The notes beneath the pieces are model-generated. The model was not told the origin of the DNA, made no database searches, and worked only from the letters and a program-made list of their open reading frames with translations. From Hydrurus foetidus (taxonomy: Eukaryota), in contig UYFQ01000006.1 in the NCBI GenBank assembly GCA_900617105.1, positions 558,001 to 622,000 on the forward strand: DNA of 64,000 nt, written 5' to 3'. Made by a program: the position numbers and the translations under genes. The first letter of the stretch is position 1, and the number at the start of each line of letters is the position of its first letter. Shown here piece after piece: positions 27,543-36,006 of the stretch.

Positions 27543-30500
27543 ATGCATTGCCACCTCTGTCATTTCCAGAACGAAGCATCTTGCCGGCGTTGCACAAAAT
27601 GTGACGCGACGCTGGTGAAAACCTGCCCGCAATGCGGACAAGGTGCCGCTTTGTCCGCCAAATTCTGTAGCGAATGCGGCACGCCTTTGGCCAAACCCGC
27701 GTCCAGCCTTGACCGCGCGACACCCGTGGGGGGCTTGACGGAGCTCAAGCAGGCCACGGCGCTCTTTGCGGACATCGTGAGCTCCACAGAGCAGATTGCG
27801 GAATTGGACGCAGAGGCGGCCATGGAAAGGCTGCGCCCCGCCGTCAGGCTGATGTGTGATGTTGTCGAGCGCTACCAGGGCACCGTGATCAGGACGCTGG
27901 GGGACGGCATCTTGGCGCTCTTTGGGGTGCCTTTGGCACTGGAAGGGCATGCCTTGCTCGCCTGCGAAGCGGCACTGGCCTTGCAAAACGAGTTTCGTGA
28001 TGGCGCGCGCGGGTTCACCATCCGCGTTGGCCTGCACTCCGGGCAGGTGGCCTCTGAGCCCGATGACCTGGGCGGGGGACGCGGAGGCGGGGTTCACGGT
28101 GTCACCATCCATTTGGCCAGTCGGGTGATCGGTCTGGCACAGCCAGGAGGTATTTGCATCACCGAAGCGTGCCGCGCCCTGTTGGACGATGCCTGCGTCG
28201 TCCACCCCCACGGGTTTCACAACCTCAAAGGCATTGCCACACCAACGCAGATCCACAACCTGCTGGACTTGCGGTGGCATTCAGAATCAGAACGGGTATC
28301 CCTGCGCAAAGTGCAACCGCTGCGTGGCCGGTCGGATGAGCTGGCGCTGCTCCAAGATTATTTTGGGTTCACCCAGTCTGGCGACACCCGTGTCGCAGGG
28401 ATTTTTGCGGAACCTGGCGCTGGCAAGAGCCGTTTATGCCAAGAGTTTGTGCGGTGGTGCCACCAGCAACAAGTGGCCGTGTGCGAAATCAGGGCGCAAA
28501 TTTACGGCCATGCCACGCCGCTGCAGCCCGTCTTCAAGTTGCTGCGGCGGTTCTTTTTGGGCATCAAGACCCACCACACCGAGGAACAGGTAAGCCAGCG
28601 CATCGCCGAGCAACTCGCGCAGTTACCAGAGTCACTGGAGACAGACCATGCCCTTTTAAGTGATTTTTTGGGGCTTTCACACCACGATGCGCAACTGGCC
28701 ACCATCAACCCCCAAGCACGCCGCAAACGCCTGCTGCAGCTGGTGCGTGAGATGGTGCAAAAGGGATGCGTGCAGGCCACCGTCATCCTGATTGAAGACC
28801 TGCACTGGCTGGACGAAGCCAGCGAAGCCTTTGTCCAAACCTTGGTGCAAGCCGTGGCAGGCACGCGCATTTTTGTGCTGCTGAACTACCGCCCCGCCTA
28901 CCGCGCAAGCTGGATGCAGGAAAGCCACTTCCATCCGCTTGAATTACCGCTCTTGAAAACACCGGACATGGCTGAGTTGGTTCAGGGTCTGGTGGGTGAC
29001 GTACACCGGGCGAATGACATCTGCGCGTTGGTGGTCAGGCGCTGCGGGGGAAATCCGTTTTTTGCCGAAGAAATTGTGCGCACCCTCACTGAGAGAGGCT
29101 ATTTGCAAATCAACCGCGATTGCACAGTGGATGACATTGCAGCGATGGAGCAAGCGCTGCCGCAAACCCTAGAAGCCGTCATCGGTGCCCGTATTGACCG
29201 CTTGGGCGAGCCCGAAAAAACCTTGCTGCAAATGTGCGCCATCATCGGCAAAGAGATCCCCTTGGGCATCCTGACGCGGGTCGCACACCCCTTGGTGCAG
29301 GTGCTTGAACTCGGTTTACAAAAATTGCAGCAAGCCGATTTGCTTCTCCCCGTGCAGCGCACAGAGGGGCAAGAAGGCAAGCATGACTTGACCTTCCGGC
29401 ACCCCCTGGTTCAAGAAGTCGCCTACAACGCACAAATGCGAGGCCGCCGGGGCACCATCCATGCCACCGTCGCCGTTGCGATGGAGTTGTATTACGCCGG
29501 GCAGTTCGACGAATACGCCGGCCTGATCGCCTACCACTACGAGGCCGCCGGGCAATTGTTCAAGGCCGCAACCTATGCCGCCCGCTCTGCACGCTGGGTG
29601 GGCGCCACGGATTCGTCTCAAGCCTTTAAGCGCTGGCGCAAAGTTCACTCACTGCTGACAGGCCTGACTCCGTCCACACAAAGCGATGCCTTGCGGGCTC
29701 TGGCGGCTGGCCGAATTGTGTTTTTAGGATGGAGCGAAGGGCTGAGCCTGGATGAAGTGCAGCCTCTCATTCAAGAAGCCCTGGCGCTGGCGAGTCAAGC
29801 TGACCATCGGTTGATCCAGTTGCTGCACATGGCACACGGACGCATGAAGCTTGCAGCAGGCGAATCAGCAGATGGCTACGTTGACAGTATTCGCATGGCT
29901 TTAGCGCTGGGTAACGGCACCCTGGATACCGGCCGTGTAGCGGCCCTGAATCTTGTGCTCAGCCAAGCTTATAACTGGGCAGGCTTGCTTCATGAAGCGC
30001 TTGCCGCCAACGATATTGCCCTTCAAGGGCTGGCGCATATTGACCAGTTTGACCGCGACTTCATCGGACTCGACTTAGCGCACTGGGCAATAAGCATTCG
30101 CCAGCGAATTCTTATTCGCATGGGTCTTTTTGAAGAAGCAACTCACTGTTTGAACCGAATAACCACCGATGCGAAAACCACTGGTGACCCGCTCATTCAC
30201 CTGATCGCACATTTTTCCCATGTGACCTTCGCCTTCTACACAAGTAACGTCGAACTGGCACAAAAGCATGCATCCACGATGGCAAGCATGGCTGATCCAA
30301 CGTCCTCGAAATACATCCAAATATTGGAGCGGATCGGCAAGGGGCTGGCACTGATGACTTCTCAGCAGTTTGAAGAAGCCCAAGTTCCCTTCATGAGCGC
30401 ACTGAGTTTGATACGCGACACCTGTTTGGCTGTGGAGTTTGAAGCAGAAGTCTTGGCAAGTCTGGCCGAATGCAACCTGTTCAGTTCGGATTTCTCAGCA

Positions 30501-30752
30501 GCCCGCACTTTTTCGTTAGAAACCCTCGATATCGCCAAATACCGAAGCAACCGCATCGCCGAGTGTCAGGCACTCATTGTGTCGGGATGCTGCCTTGTCG
30601 CCACAGATACCACCGCTGAAAGTGAGGCGGCAGCAGCACTTTTCGACCGTGCGGAGGGACTGATTGCACTGACGGGAGCCAGAGTATTGGAACCGGCGCT
30701 GGCCCGTGCTCGCTTGTCCTTGCTGCGCACGGTTGCAAACGAAGGCATTTAG
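27543..30752 (+). CDS. Double zinc ribbon + class III nucleotidyl cyclase + STAND-type ATPase + helical (TPR-like) C-terminus
   Basis: Four CxxC, LFADIVSST..LGDGILALFG..RVGLHSG, Walker A AEPGAGKSRL, Walker B ILIEDLHWLD, GGNPFF, F.H.L.QEVAY. Confidence 0.9.
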   Translation: MHCHLCHFQNEASCRRCTKCDATLVKTCPQCGQGAALSAKFCSECGTPLAKPASSLDRATPVGGLTELKQATALFADIVSSTEQIAELDAEAAMERLRPAVRLMCDVVERYQGTVIRTLGDGILALFGVPLALEGHALLACEAALALQNEFRDGARGFTIRVGLHSGQVASEPDDLGGGRGGGVHGVTIHLASRVIGLAQPGGICITEACRALLDDACVVHPHGFHNLKGIATPTQIHNLLDLRWHSESERVSLRKVQPLRGRSDELALLQDYFGFTQSGDTRVAGIFAEPGAGKSRLCQEFVRWCHQQQVAVCEIRAQIYGHATPLQPVFKLLRRFFLGIKTHHTEEQVSQRIAEQLAQLPESLETDHALLSDFLGLSHHDAQLATINPQARRKRLLQLVREMVQKGCVQATVILIEDLHWLDEASEAFVQTLVQAVAGTRIFVLLNYRPAYRASWMQESHFHPLELPLLKTPDMAELVQGLVGDVHRANDICALVVRRCGGNPFFAEEIVRTLTERGYLQINRDCTVDDIAAMEQALPQTLEAVIGARIDRLGEPEKTLLQMCAIIGKEIPLGILTRVAHPLVQVLELGLQKLQQADLLLPVQRTEGQEGKHDLTFRHPLVQEVAYNAQMRGRRGTIHATVAVAMELYYAGQFDEYAGLIAYHYEAAGQLFKAATYAARSARWVGATDSSQAFKRWRKVHSLLTGLTPSTQSDALRALAAGRIVFLGWSEGLSLDEVQPLIQEALALASQADHRLIQLLHMAHGRMKLAAGESADGYVDSIRMALALGNGTLDTGRVAALNLVLSQAYNWAGLLHEALAANDIALQGLAHIDQFDRDFIGLDLAHWAISIRQRILIRMGLFEEATHCLNRITTDAKTTGDPLIHLIAHFSHVTFAFYTSNVELAQKHASTMASMADPTSSKYIQILERIGKGLALMTSQQFEEAQVPFMSALSLIRDTCLAVEFEAEVLASLAECNLFSSDFSAARTFSLETLDIAKYRSNRIAECQALIVSGCCLVATDTTAESEAAAALFDRAEGLIALTGARVLEPALARARLSLLRTVANEGI

Positions 30753-30768
30753 CACCACCAGCAGAACC

Positions 30769-31434
30769 TCAGCCTTTGCGCACAATCAAGGTGTGTTCAC
30801 GCATCCCGTAGGCGCTCAACACCTCAACCTGACTACCCCACGTTTGGGCGCAGTAATCTGACCATTGGCCCGAGGCAGGCCGGTAAAGCTCGGGGACATC
30901 AGGCGCCCCCTCTGCCAGGGGATTCAAAAAATTGACCGCGAAGCCACGCTGGCTGCTGCGGTTCATCTCCCCTAGAACCTGCGCCACATGGTCTTCCCAC
31001 TCGCCGTGGGAATGGGCAAGCTTGACATTGAAAATCCCACTGGCCACCGCATAGTCGGCGGTGCGAGGGAAAGCCGAGGCGACCTCAAAAGCAGTTTGCG
31101 CCACACCCGCCCACCGTTGGCGAGCTTGGTCAACCATGGCCTCAGAAATATCCAACCCGAGGTAATCCATCGACTTGCGGCCATAGCGTTTGCGCAGAAA
31201 GGCACGCAAAGCGCCATAGCCACAACCCAGGTCGATCAAAGAGAACGGTGCGCTGAAGTCACACAGCTTGAGCAACTGGACAAACCGCAAATCCTGGGTG
31301 GGCTGACAAGGCCAGTCCACCCCCAAAGGCGACGCGCCATACAGCGCAACCTTGCGGCTGTAGTACCGCTCTATGTCCTGCAAAAAAACAAGGGCAGACG
31401 GCGCCGTCGTTTGCACTGTGATGCCCTCTGCCAT
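30769..31434 (-). CDS. Class I SAM-dependent methyltransferase
   Basis: LIDLGCGYG, YLGLDIS..M, DYAVASGIFN. Confidence 0.88.
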   Translation of the reverse strand: MAEGITVQTTAPSALVFLQDIERYYSRKVALYGASPLGVDWPCQPTQDLRFVQLLKLCDFSAPFSLIDLGCGYGALRAFLRKRYGRKSMDYLGLDISEAMVDQARQRWAGVAQTAFEVASAFPRTADYAVASGIFNVKLAHSHGEWEDHVAQVLGEMNRSSQRGFAVNFLNPLAEGAPDVPELYRPASGQWSDYCAQTWGSQVEVLSAYGMREHTLIVRKG

Positions 31435-31447
31435 CTTTGCCACCGTC

Positions 31448-31999
31448 TTACTTCTTCGCTTTCGTCTTGGCTGCTTCAGGCTTGGCAGCCTTAGCCGATT
31501 TACGCGCAGCTTGGGCACTCACCGCAGCTTGAAGAGGCTGCATAGGAAGAGAAATCGTCAGGAAATCCTGCGCCAAGAAATGAACAGGTTGCGTTTTATC
31601 AAGAATCCGAACTTGTGCGTTGACCGCATCCCCACGCATATCGTGGGATGTAAAAAATACAGGCAAAGGGGTTTTTGATGCCAGATTGCGCATCAATGCA
31701 CTGACGATAGCCACGTCACCGTTTTGGCCTGCTATGTTGGATTCATGCTTGGCCAAAGAAGTGAAATAAGCGTACCAACGGTTCTTCACTTCGTTGTTAC
31801 GGGCACCAAAATTCAGCACGGAAGCGCTGGTGCGGAAACTGCGGCCTTTTTTGAAGATGGTGCATTCCTTTTGCAAAACCACCATTTCGTCAACGCCACC
31901 AAAGAGCGATTCTTGGCCTTGTGAGGGGGCGAATCGCACATTCATTTCATCCAACATGCTACCAACGTAGATGTCGTGCTCTTTCATATAAACGCCCAT
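31448..31999 (-). CDS. Hypothetical protein with Lys/Ala-rich C-terminal tail
   Basis: 183-aa ORF with AGGAG RBS, 13 bp upstream of the methyltransferase, no family recognised. Confidence 0.75.
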   Translation of the reverse strand: MGVYMKEHDIYVGSMLDEMNVRFAPSQGQESLFGGVDEMVVLQKECTIFKKGRSFRTSASVLNFGARNNEVKNRWYAYFTSLAKHESNIAGQNGDVAIVSALMRNLASKTPLPVFFTSHDMRGDAVNAQVRILDKTQPVHFLAQDFLTISLPMQPLQAAVSAQAARKSAKAAKPEAAKTKAKK

Positions 32000-32132
32000 A
32001 AGTCGTCTCCTGAGTGTGTGGTGTTAAGTGATTTGCACCCGTGACGTGACTCCGTAAAACTTGTCTGAGGTGTCACCAAAAGTGCAAACAAGATTTTCGC
32101 TTATTTCCCGACACCACGAGGAAAAAGGGGCT

Positions 32133-33032
32133 TCACTTCGCCTTATCGCCCAACCCCGGCATCAGCTTTTCATTCATCCATCGCTGTAAATCCAGCCACA
32201 TTTGGCGCATTTCTGCGTCCAGTGGGGTGCGCATGGCGTTGGGAAGTTCGATGGTGACGACGGGGATGCCTTTGTGTACGCCACCGTAGTTCCCCAGTGA
32301 GCCAGGGAAGATACCCACTTGATCGAGGTACAGCCGGCCCAGTTTGCTGGGGGGCACGGAGGGGCCGTCGAAATCCAGCACACCATAGGGGGCATGGATG
32401 CTGACGATCAAGTGGGGTTTGAAGCTCTGCATTTGCGCGTACAGGAACTGGGTTTCCGGCTCGCTCAGCGGCTTGGGGCCGGGCCAGCGGCGGGGGTCTT
32501 TGCGGGTTTTCTTTTCCCAGTAGTCTTTGGCGTCGCGCTCCCAGTTGGGCGTGGGGAAGTTGCGGTTCAAGTCCACGCCGTTGGCGTTGCTGCGCCTGGG
32601 GGGTTGCACCAGCAGGCCGTCAGGGTTGAGGGCCGGGATGAAGCGCCAATGCACGGGGTGCGGCGTGTCGGACGGGGTTTGCTCGGCCAGCGCGATCCAG
32701 TGCAGCGCCACCGAGGCAGACGACAGCTCGTCGCCGTGGATGCCGCCTATCACCAGCACGCGCAGCTTGGGCGCTGGCGCCTCCACATCGCGACTGACGA
32801 GGGGGCGACCTTTGACGGATTTGGCGCTACCAGGTTGCAACTTGGCAGCGTCGCACATCGCCATGGTGACGTTGGGCAATCGGCGAAGAAATTCGGCACA
32901 GGTGCTTAACCTTTGGGTGTCAGCAGCTATGGAAAGAGGAGCAACCAGTGCGGCGGCGAAAGCCAGTACACAGGCTGCATGGGTACGCAAACGGGAGCGC
33001 AGGCGGGATCGGGTGATGAAGGCAAGAGGCAT
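32133..33032 (-). CDS. mpaA: M14 zinc carboxypeptidase, murein peptide amidase A-like
   Basis: GGIHGDE, LNPDG, R.NANGVDLNRNF, SEPET, SIHAP, PGSLG, TIELP. Confidence 0.85.
   Translation of the reverse strand: MPLAFITRSRLRSRLRTHAACVLAFAAALVAPLSIAADTQRLSTCAEFLRRLPNVTMAMCDAAKLQPGSAKSVKGRPLVSRDVEAPAPKLRVLVIGGIHGDELSSASVALHWIALAEQTPSDTPHPVHWRFIPALNPDGLLVQPPRRSNANGVDLNRNFPTPNWERDAKDYWEKKTRKDPRRWPGPKPLSEPETQFLYAQMQSFKPHLIVSIHAPYGVLDFDGPSVPPSKLGRLYLDQVGIFPGSLGNYGGVHKGIPVVTIELPNAMRTPLDAEMRQMWLDLQRWMNEKLMPGLGDKAK
32886..32943 (-). repeat. Element copy read in frame inside the mpaA-like gene
   Basis: Minus strand TGCT-CCTCTTTCCAT-AGCT-GCTGAC-ACC-CAAAGGTTA-AGCACC-TGTGCCG-AATTTC, encoding APLSIAADTQRLSTCAEF. 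Confidence 0.55.
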
Positions 33033-33122
33033 GGAACACCGAAAAAATGGCACAGCCTTGATTCTCGGTGATTGCCTTTGCCGTCATCTTCACCCTACCC
33101 TGCTCAGGCATGGCGACAGCGC

Positions 33123-33989
33123 TCAATCCAAACTGATGTTGCCGCGCCGTACCAGTTCGCCGTAGATTTTGGACTTGGCCTCGGCGTTGCGGTTGATCTC
33201 TTCGGGCGACCACGCCAGCGGCTCGAAGGCGAAGGTGTCGAAGCGGGCGCGGATCTCGGGGTCGGCTATGACTTTGGCCACATCGGCGTTGATCTTCAAT
33301 TTGACGGCAGCGGATAAGCCTTTGGGGGCCACCAGCGACACGAAAGACGAGACCTCAAAGCCTGCGGGGCCGCCCGATTCGGCAAAGGTGGGTACGTTGG
33401 GCAGCTGCGACACCTCACGGTAAGGCACATGCTGCATGGCGGTGCCGGTCAAGGCTTCCAGCTGCTGGCCGCCCAAGTGGCCGGGGCTGCCCACGCCCCA
33501 GGAGCCGTAGCTGAGGCTGTCGGGCTTTTCTTTCGCTGCGGCAATCAAATCGCCCATGGTTTTCCAGGGGGAATCGGCGGGCACGGCGACAAAGAACGGC
33601 GTACGAAACAGCGAGGCCACCGCGTCAAAGGTTTGCAGTGGCACAAAGTTGCGCTGCTTGTAGAGGTGCGGCAAGGCGGCCAGATGCTCGCTGTCGAGTT
33701 GCAGCAGGGTGTAGCCGTCGGGCGCGGCGCGTTTGGCCTGCTCGATGGCGATGAAGCCGCCGCCGCCGGGCTTGTTGTCGATCACCACACGCTGGTTCCA
33801 GAGTTTGGCGAGCTTGTCAGAGATCAGACGCAGCACGGCATCGGGGCCACTGCCTGCGGCGAACGGGGTGACGATGGTGACGGGCTTGCTGGGGTAGTCC
33901 GTAGCGGTTGAAGTGGCGGTTTGGGCAAAAACACTGACCGTTGTGGCAAGGGTCAAAGCCGTGGCAAGGAGGGTGCGGCGAAACAGCAT
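33123..33989 (-). CDS. Bug/TctC substrate-binding protein with internal in-frame deletion (possibly non-functional)
   Basis: YPSKPV.I.TPF..GSGPD, DNKPGGGG, YGSWGVGSPGHL. 288 aa, lacking 42 aa present in the paralog at 61368. Confidence 0.85.
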   Translation of the reverse strand: MLFRRTLLATALTLATTVSVFAQTATSTATDYPSKPVTIVTPFAAGSGPDAVLRLISDKLAKLWNQRVVIDNKPGGGGFIAIEQAKRAAPDGYTLLQLDSEHLAALPHLYKQRNFVPLQTFDAVASLFRTPFFVAVPADSPWKTMGDLIAAAKEKPDSLSYGSWGVGSPGHLGGQQLEALTGTAMQHVPYREVSQLPNVPTFAESGGPAGFEVSSFVSLVAPKGLSAAVKLKINADVAKVIADPEIRARFDTFAFEPLAWSPEEINRNAEAKSKIYGELVRRGNISLD

Positions 33990-34003
33990 GGTGCAAGTCC
34001 GGG

Positions 34004-35251
34004 TTAGAGCTGGGAAGGTGAAGAAAAGCGGCCTGCGTCGTCCAAGCAGTGCGCAGGGTTCCAGGCATAGAGCCATTCCACAGCGTCGTAAAACCGCTCG
34101 GGGCTGCGGTCTTTCCACAGGCTGTTGCGCACCAGCCGCTCTACACCGTGGGCGTGGTAAATGCGGCCCATTTCACGCACTGACAACACTACGCGGGCGG
34201 TGCGAGCGATACGGGCGGATTCGTACAGGCGAAAGGCGACGGGCAGATCGAGAACATCGTCTTGCCGGGTGGCCTTGATGGCCGCGCCCAACGTCACCGC
34301 GTCTTCCAGCGCCATGCACGCGCCTTGGGCGAGGTACTGCATCATGGGGTGGGCGGCATCTCCCAAAAGCGTGCCAGCACCTTGGCCCCAGTGTTCCGTC
34401 GGGTTGCGGTCAGCGGTGCTCCAGCGTTTCCACGACGTGGGCAGGCTGAGCAATTGGCGTGGTGTGGCGTGGATGCCGGTGAAGTAGGAGAGCACTTCTT
34501 CTTGGCTGCCATCGGTAACACCCCATTCCTCCACACCACGGCTGTGGAAAGTGACGACCAGGTTGTACTGCTCGCCACCCCGCAGCGGGTAATGCACCAG
34601 ATGGCAGTTGGGGCCAGCCCACACCACCGGGGAATTGATGCGCAAGTTGTCCGGCATGTCGGCTGCGGGCACCACAGCGCGGTAAACCACATGGCCCGAG
34701 ACACGCGGCGCGTCGCCCACCAGCGCGGCACGCACAACCGATTTCACGCCATCGCAACCCACCACGGCAGACGCGCTGAAATGGCGGCCATCACGGGCGG
34801 TGGCGCTGGCGCTGTGTTCGCCGATGGAAACATGCGCGATCTGCACACCGGTATGCAACCGGATCAGCGGGTTGGCCAGCACCGCCGCATGGATGGCACC
34901 GTGCAAATCCGCCCGGTGGCTGACGGCATAGGGGTTGCCAAAACGCTGACGAAAGGCTTCGCCCACCGGGATATGACCCACCTCGGTGCAGTCCATCGCG
35001 TCCATCATGATGAGGCTGTCGGTGAACACGGCGCAGCGCCGCACCTCGGCCCCCACGCCCAGCGCATCGAGTGCAGCAAAGGCATTCGGCCCCAGTTGCA
35101 GGCCTGCGCCGATTTCGCCGATGGTGCTGCTTTGCTCCAGCAGGTCGATGCGCAGCCCCAAACGGGCCAGCGACAGTGCAGCGGCCATGCCGCCTATGCC
35201 GCCGCCTATGAGCAGCACGGAGGGTTCAGAAATGTCAGAAAACGTGGTCAT
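34004..35251 (-). CDS. 3-hydroxybenzoate 6-monooxygenase-like flavoprotein
   Basis: GGGIGG, EIGAGLQLGPNA, GCDGVKS, LLGDAAHPMMQYLAQGACMA.EDA. Located in a gentisate operon. Confidence 0.88.
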   Translation of the reverse strand: MTTFSDISEPSVLLIGGGIGGMAAALSLARLGLRIDLLEQSSTIGEIGAGLQLGPNAFAALDALGVGAEVRRCAVFTDSLIMMDAMDCTEVGHIPVGEAFRQRFGNPYAVSHRADLHGAIHAAVLANPLIRLHTGVQIAHVSIGEHSASATARDGRHFSASAVVGCDGVKSVVRAALVGDAPRVSGHVVYRAVVPAADMPDNLRINSPVVWAGPNCHLVHYPLRGGEQYNLVVTFHSRGVEEWGVTDGSQEEVLSYFTGIHATPRQLLSLPTSWKRWSTADRNPTEHWGQGAGTLLGDAAHPMMQYLAQGACMALEDAVTLGAAIKATRQDDVLDLPVAFRLYESARIARTARVVLSVREMGRIYHAHGVERLVRNSLWKDRSPERFYDAVEWLYAWNPAHCLDDAGRFSSPSQL

Positions 35252-35277
35252 GGGTTTGTCTCCTCACACCGTTTGCG

Positions 35278-36006
35278 TTAAACGATGTGCACGCTGAGTG
35301 CGTCAAACCCATCAATGGTCACGCTGATGGCGTCCCCGCGCTGCACGGCACCTACGCCTTCAGGGGTGCCGGTGAAGATCACGTCGCCGGGTTGCAGCGC
35401 AAACAGCGTGGAAAGGTTGGCAATGACTTCGCTCACCGACCAAATCAGGTTCTTGAGGTCGCTGCTTTGCTTGGTGTGGCCGTTCACGGCAAGCGCGATG
35501 GCACCGTGGTTGATCTCACCCGCATCGGCCAGCCTGCGCACTGGGCCGATGGGTGCAGAGAAGTCAAACGCCTTGCCAATCTCCCAGGGGCGGCCTTGCT
35601 CGCGCATCTTCATTTGCAGATCACGCCGGGTCATGTCCAGGCCCACGGCGTAACCGAAGATGTGGCTGGGGGCTGCGTCCACGGTGATGTTGAGTCCGCC
35701 CTTGCCAATCACCACGACCAGCTCAGCTTCAAAGTGGTAATTGCTGGTTTGGGTGGGGTAAGGAATCTCCGCCGTGGTGCCTGCGCTGACGGGCACGACC
35801 GAGGCATCGTCGCCCGGCTTACAAAAGAAAAACGGCGGTTCGCGCTCAGGGTCAAACCCCATCTCTCGGGCATGGGCGGCGTAGTTGCGGCCCACACAGT
35901 AGACCCGGCGCACGGGGAACAGGTCGTCCGTGCCCACAATGGGCAGGCCCACGGGGGACATGGGGGGGACGGCGTAGGTGGTTGAAGAAGTTGCAGCGGA
36001 ATTCAT
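35278..36006 (-). CDS. Fumarylacetoacetate hydrolase family (fumaryl/maleylpyruvate hydrolase)
   Basis: RRVYCVGRNY..H..EMG, PFFF.KP, DMTRRDLQ, KAFD.SAP, PGDVIFTGTPEGVG. Confidence 0.9.
   Translation of the reverse strand: MNSAATSSTTYAVPPMSPVGLPIVGTDDLFPVRRVYCVGRNYAAHAREMGFDPEREPPFFFCKPGDDASVVPVSAGTTAEIPYPTQTSNYHFEAELVVVIGKGGLNITVDAAPSHIFGYAVGLDMTRRDLQMKMREQGRPWEIGKAFDFSAPIGPVRRLADAGEINHGAIALAVNGHTKQSSDLKNLIWSVSEVIANLSTLFALQPGDVIFTGTPEGVGAVQRGDAISVTIDGFDALSVHIV

Noticed and set aside
27543..30752. Direct assignment to Pycsar, CBASS or a named Avs type
   Set aside because: No cognate effector (TM-cNMP-binding, TIR, nuclease) is recognised, and the architecture does not match those systems as I know them.
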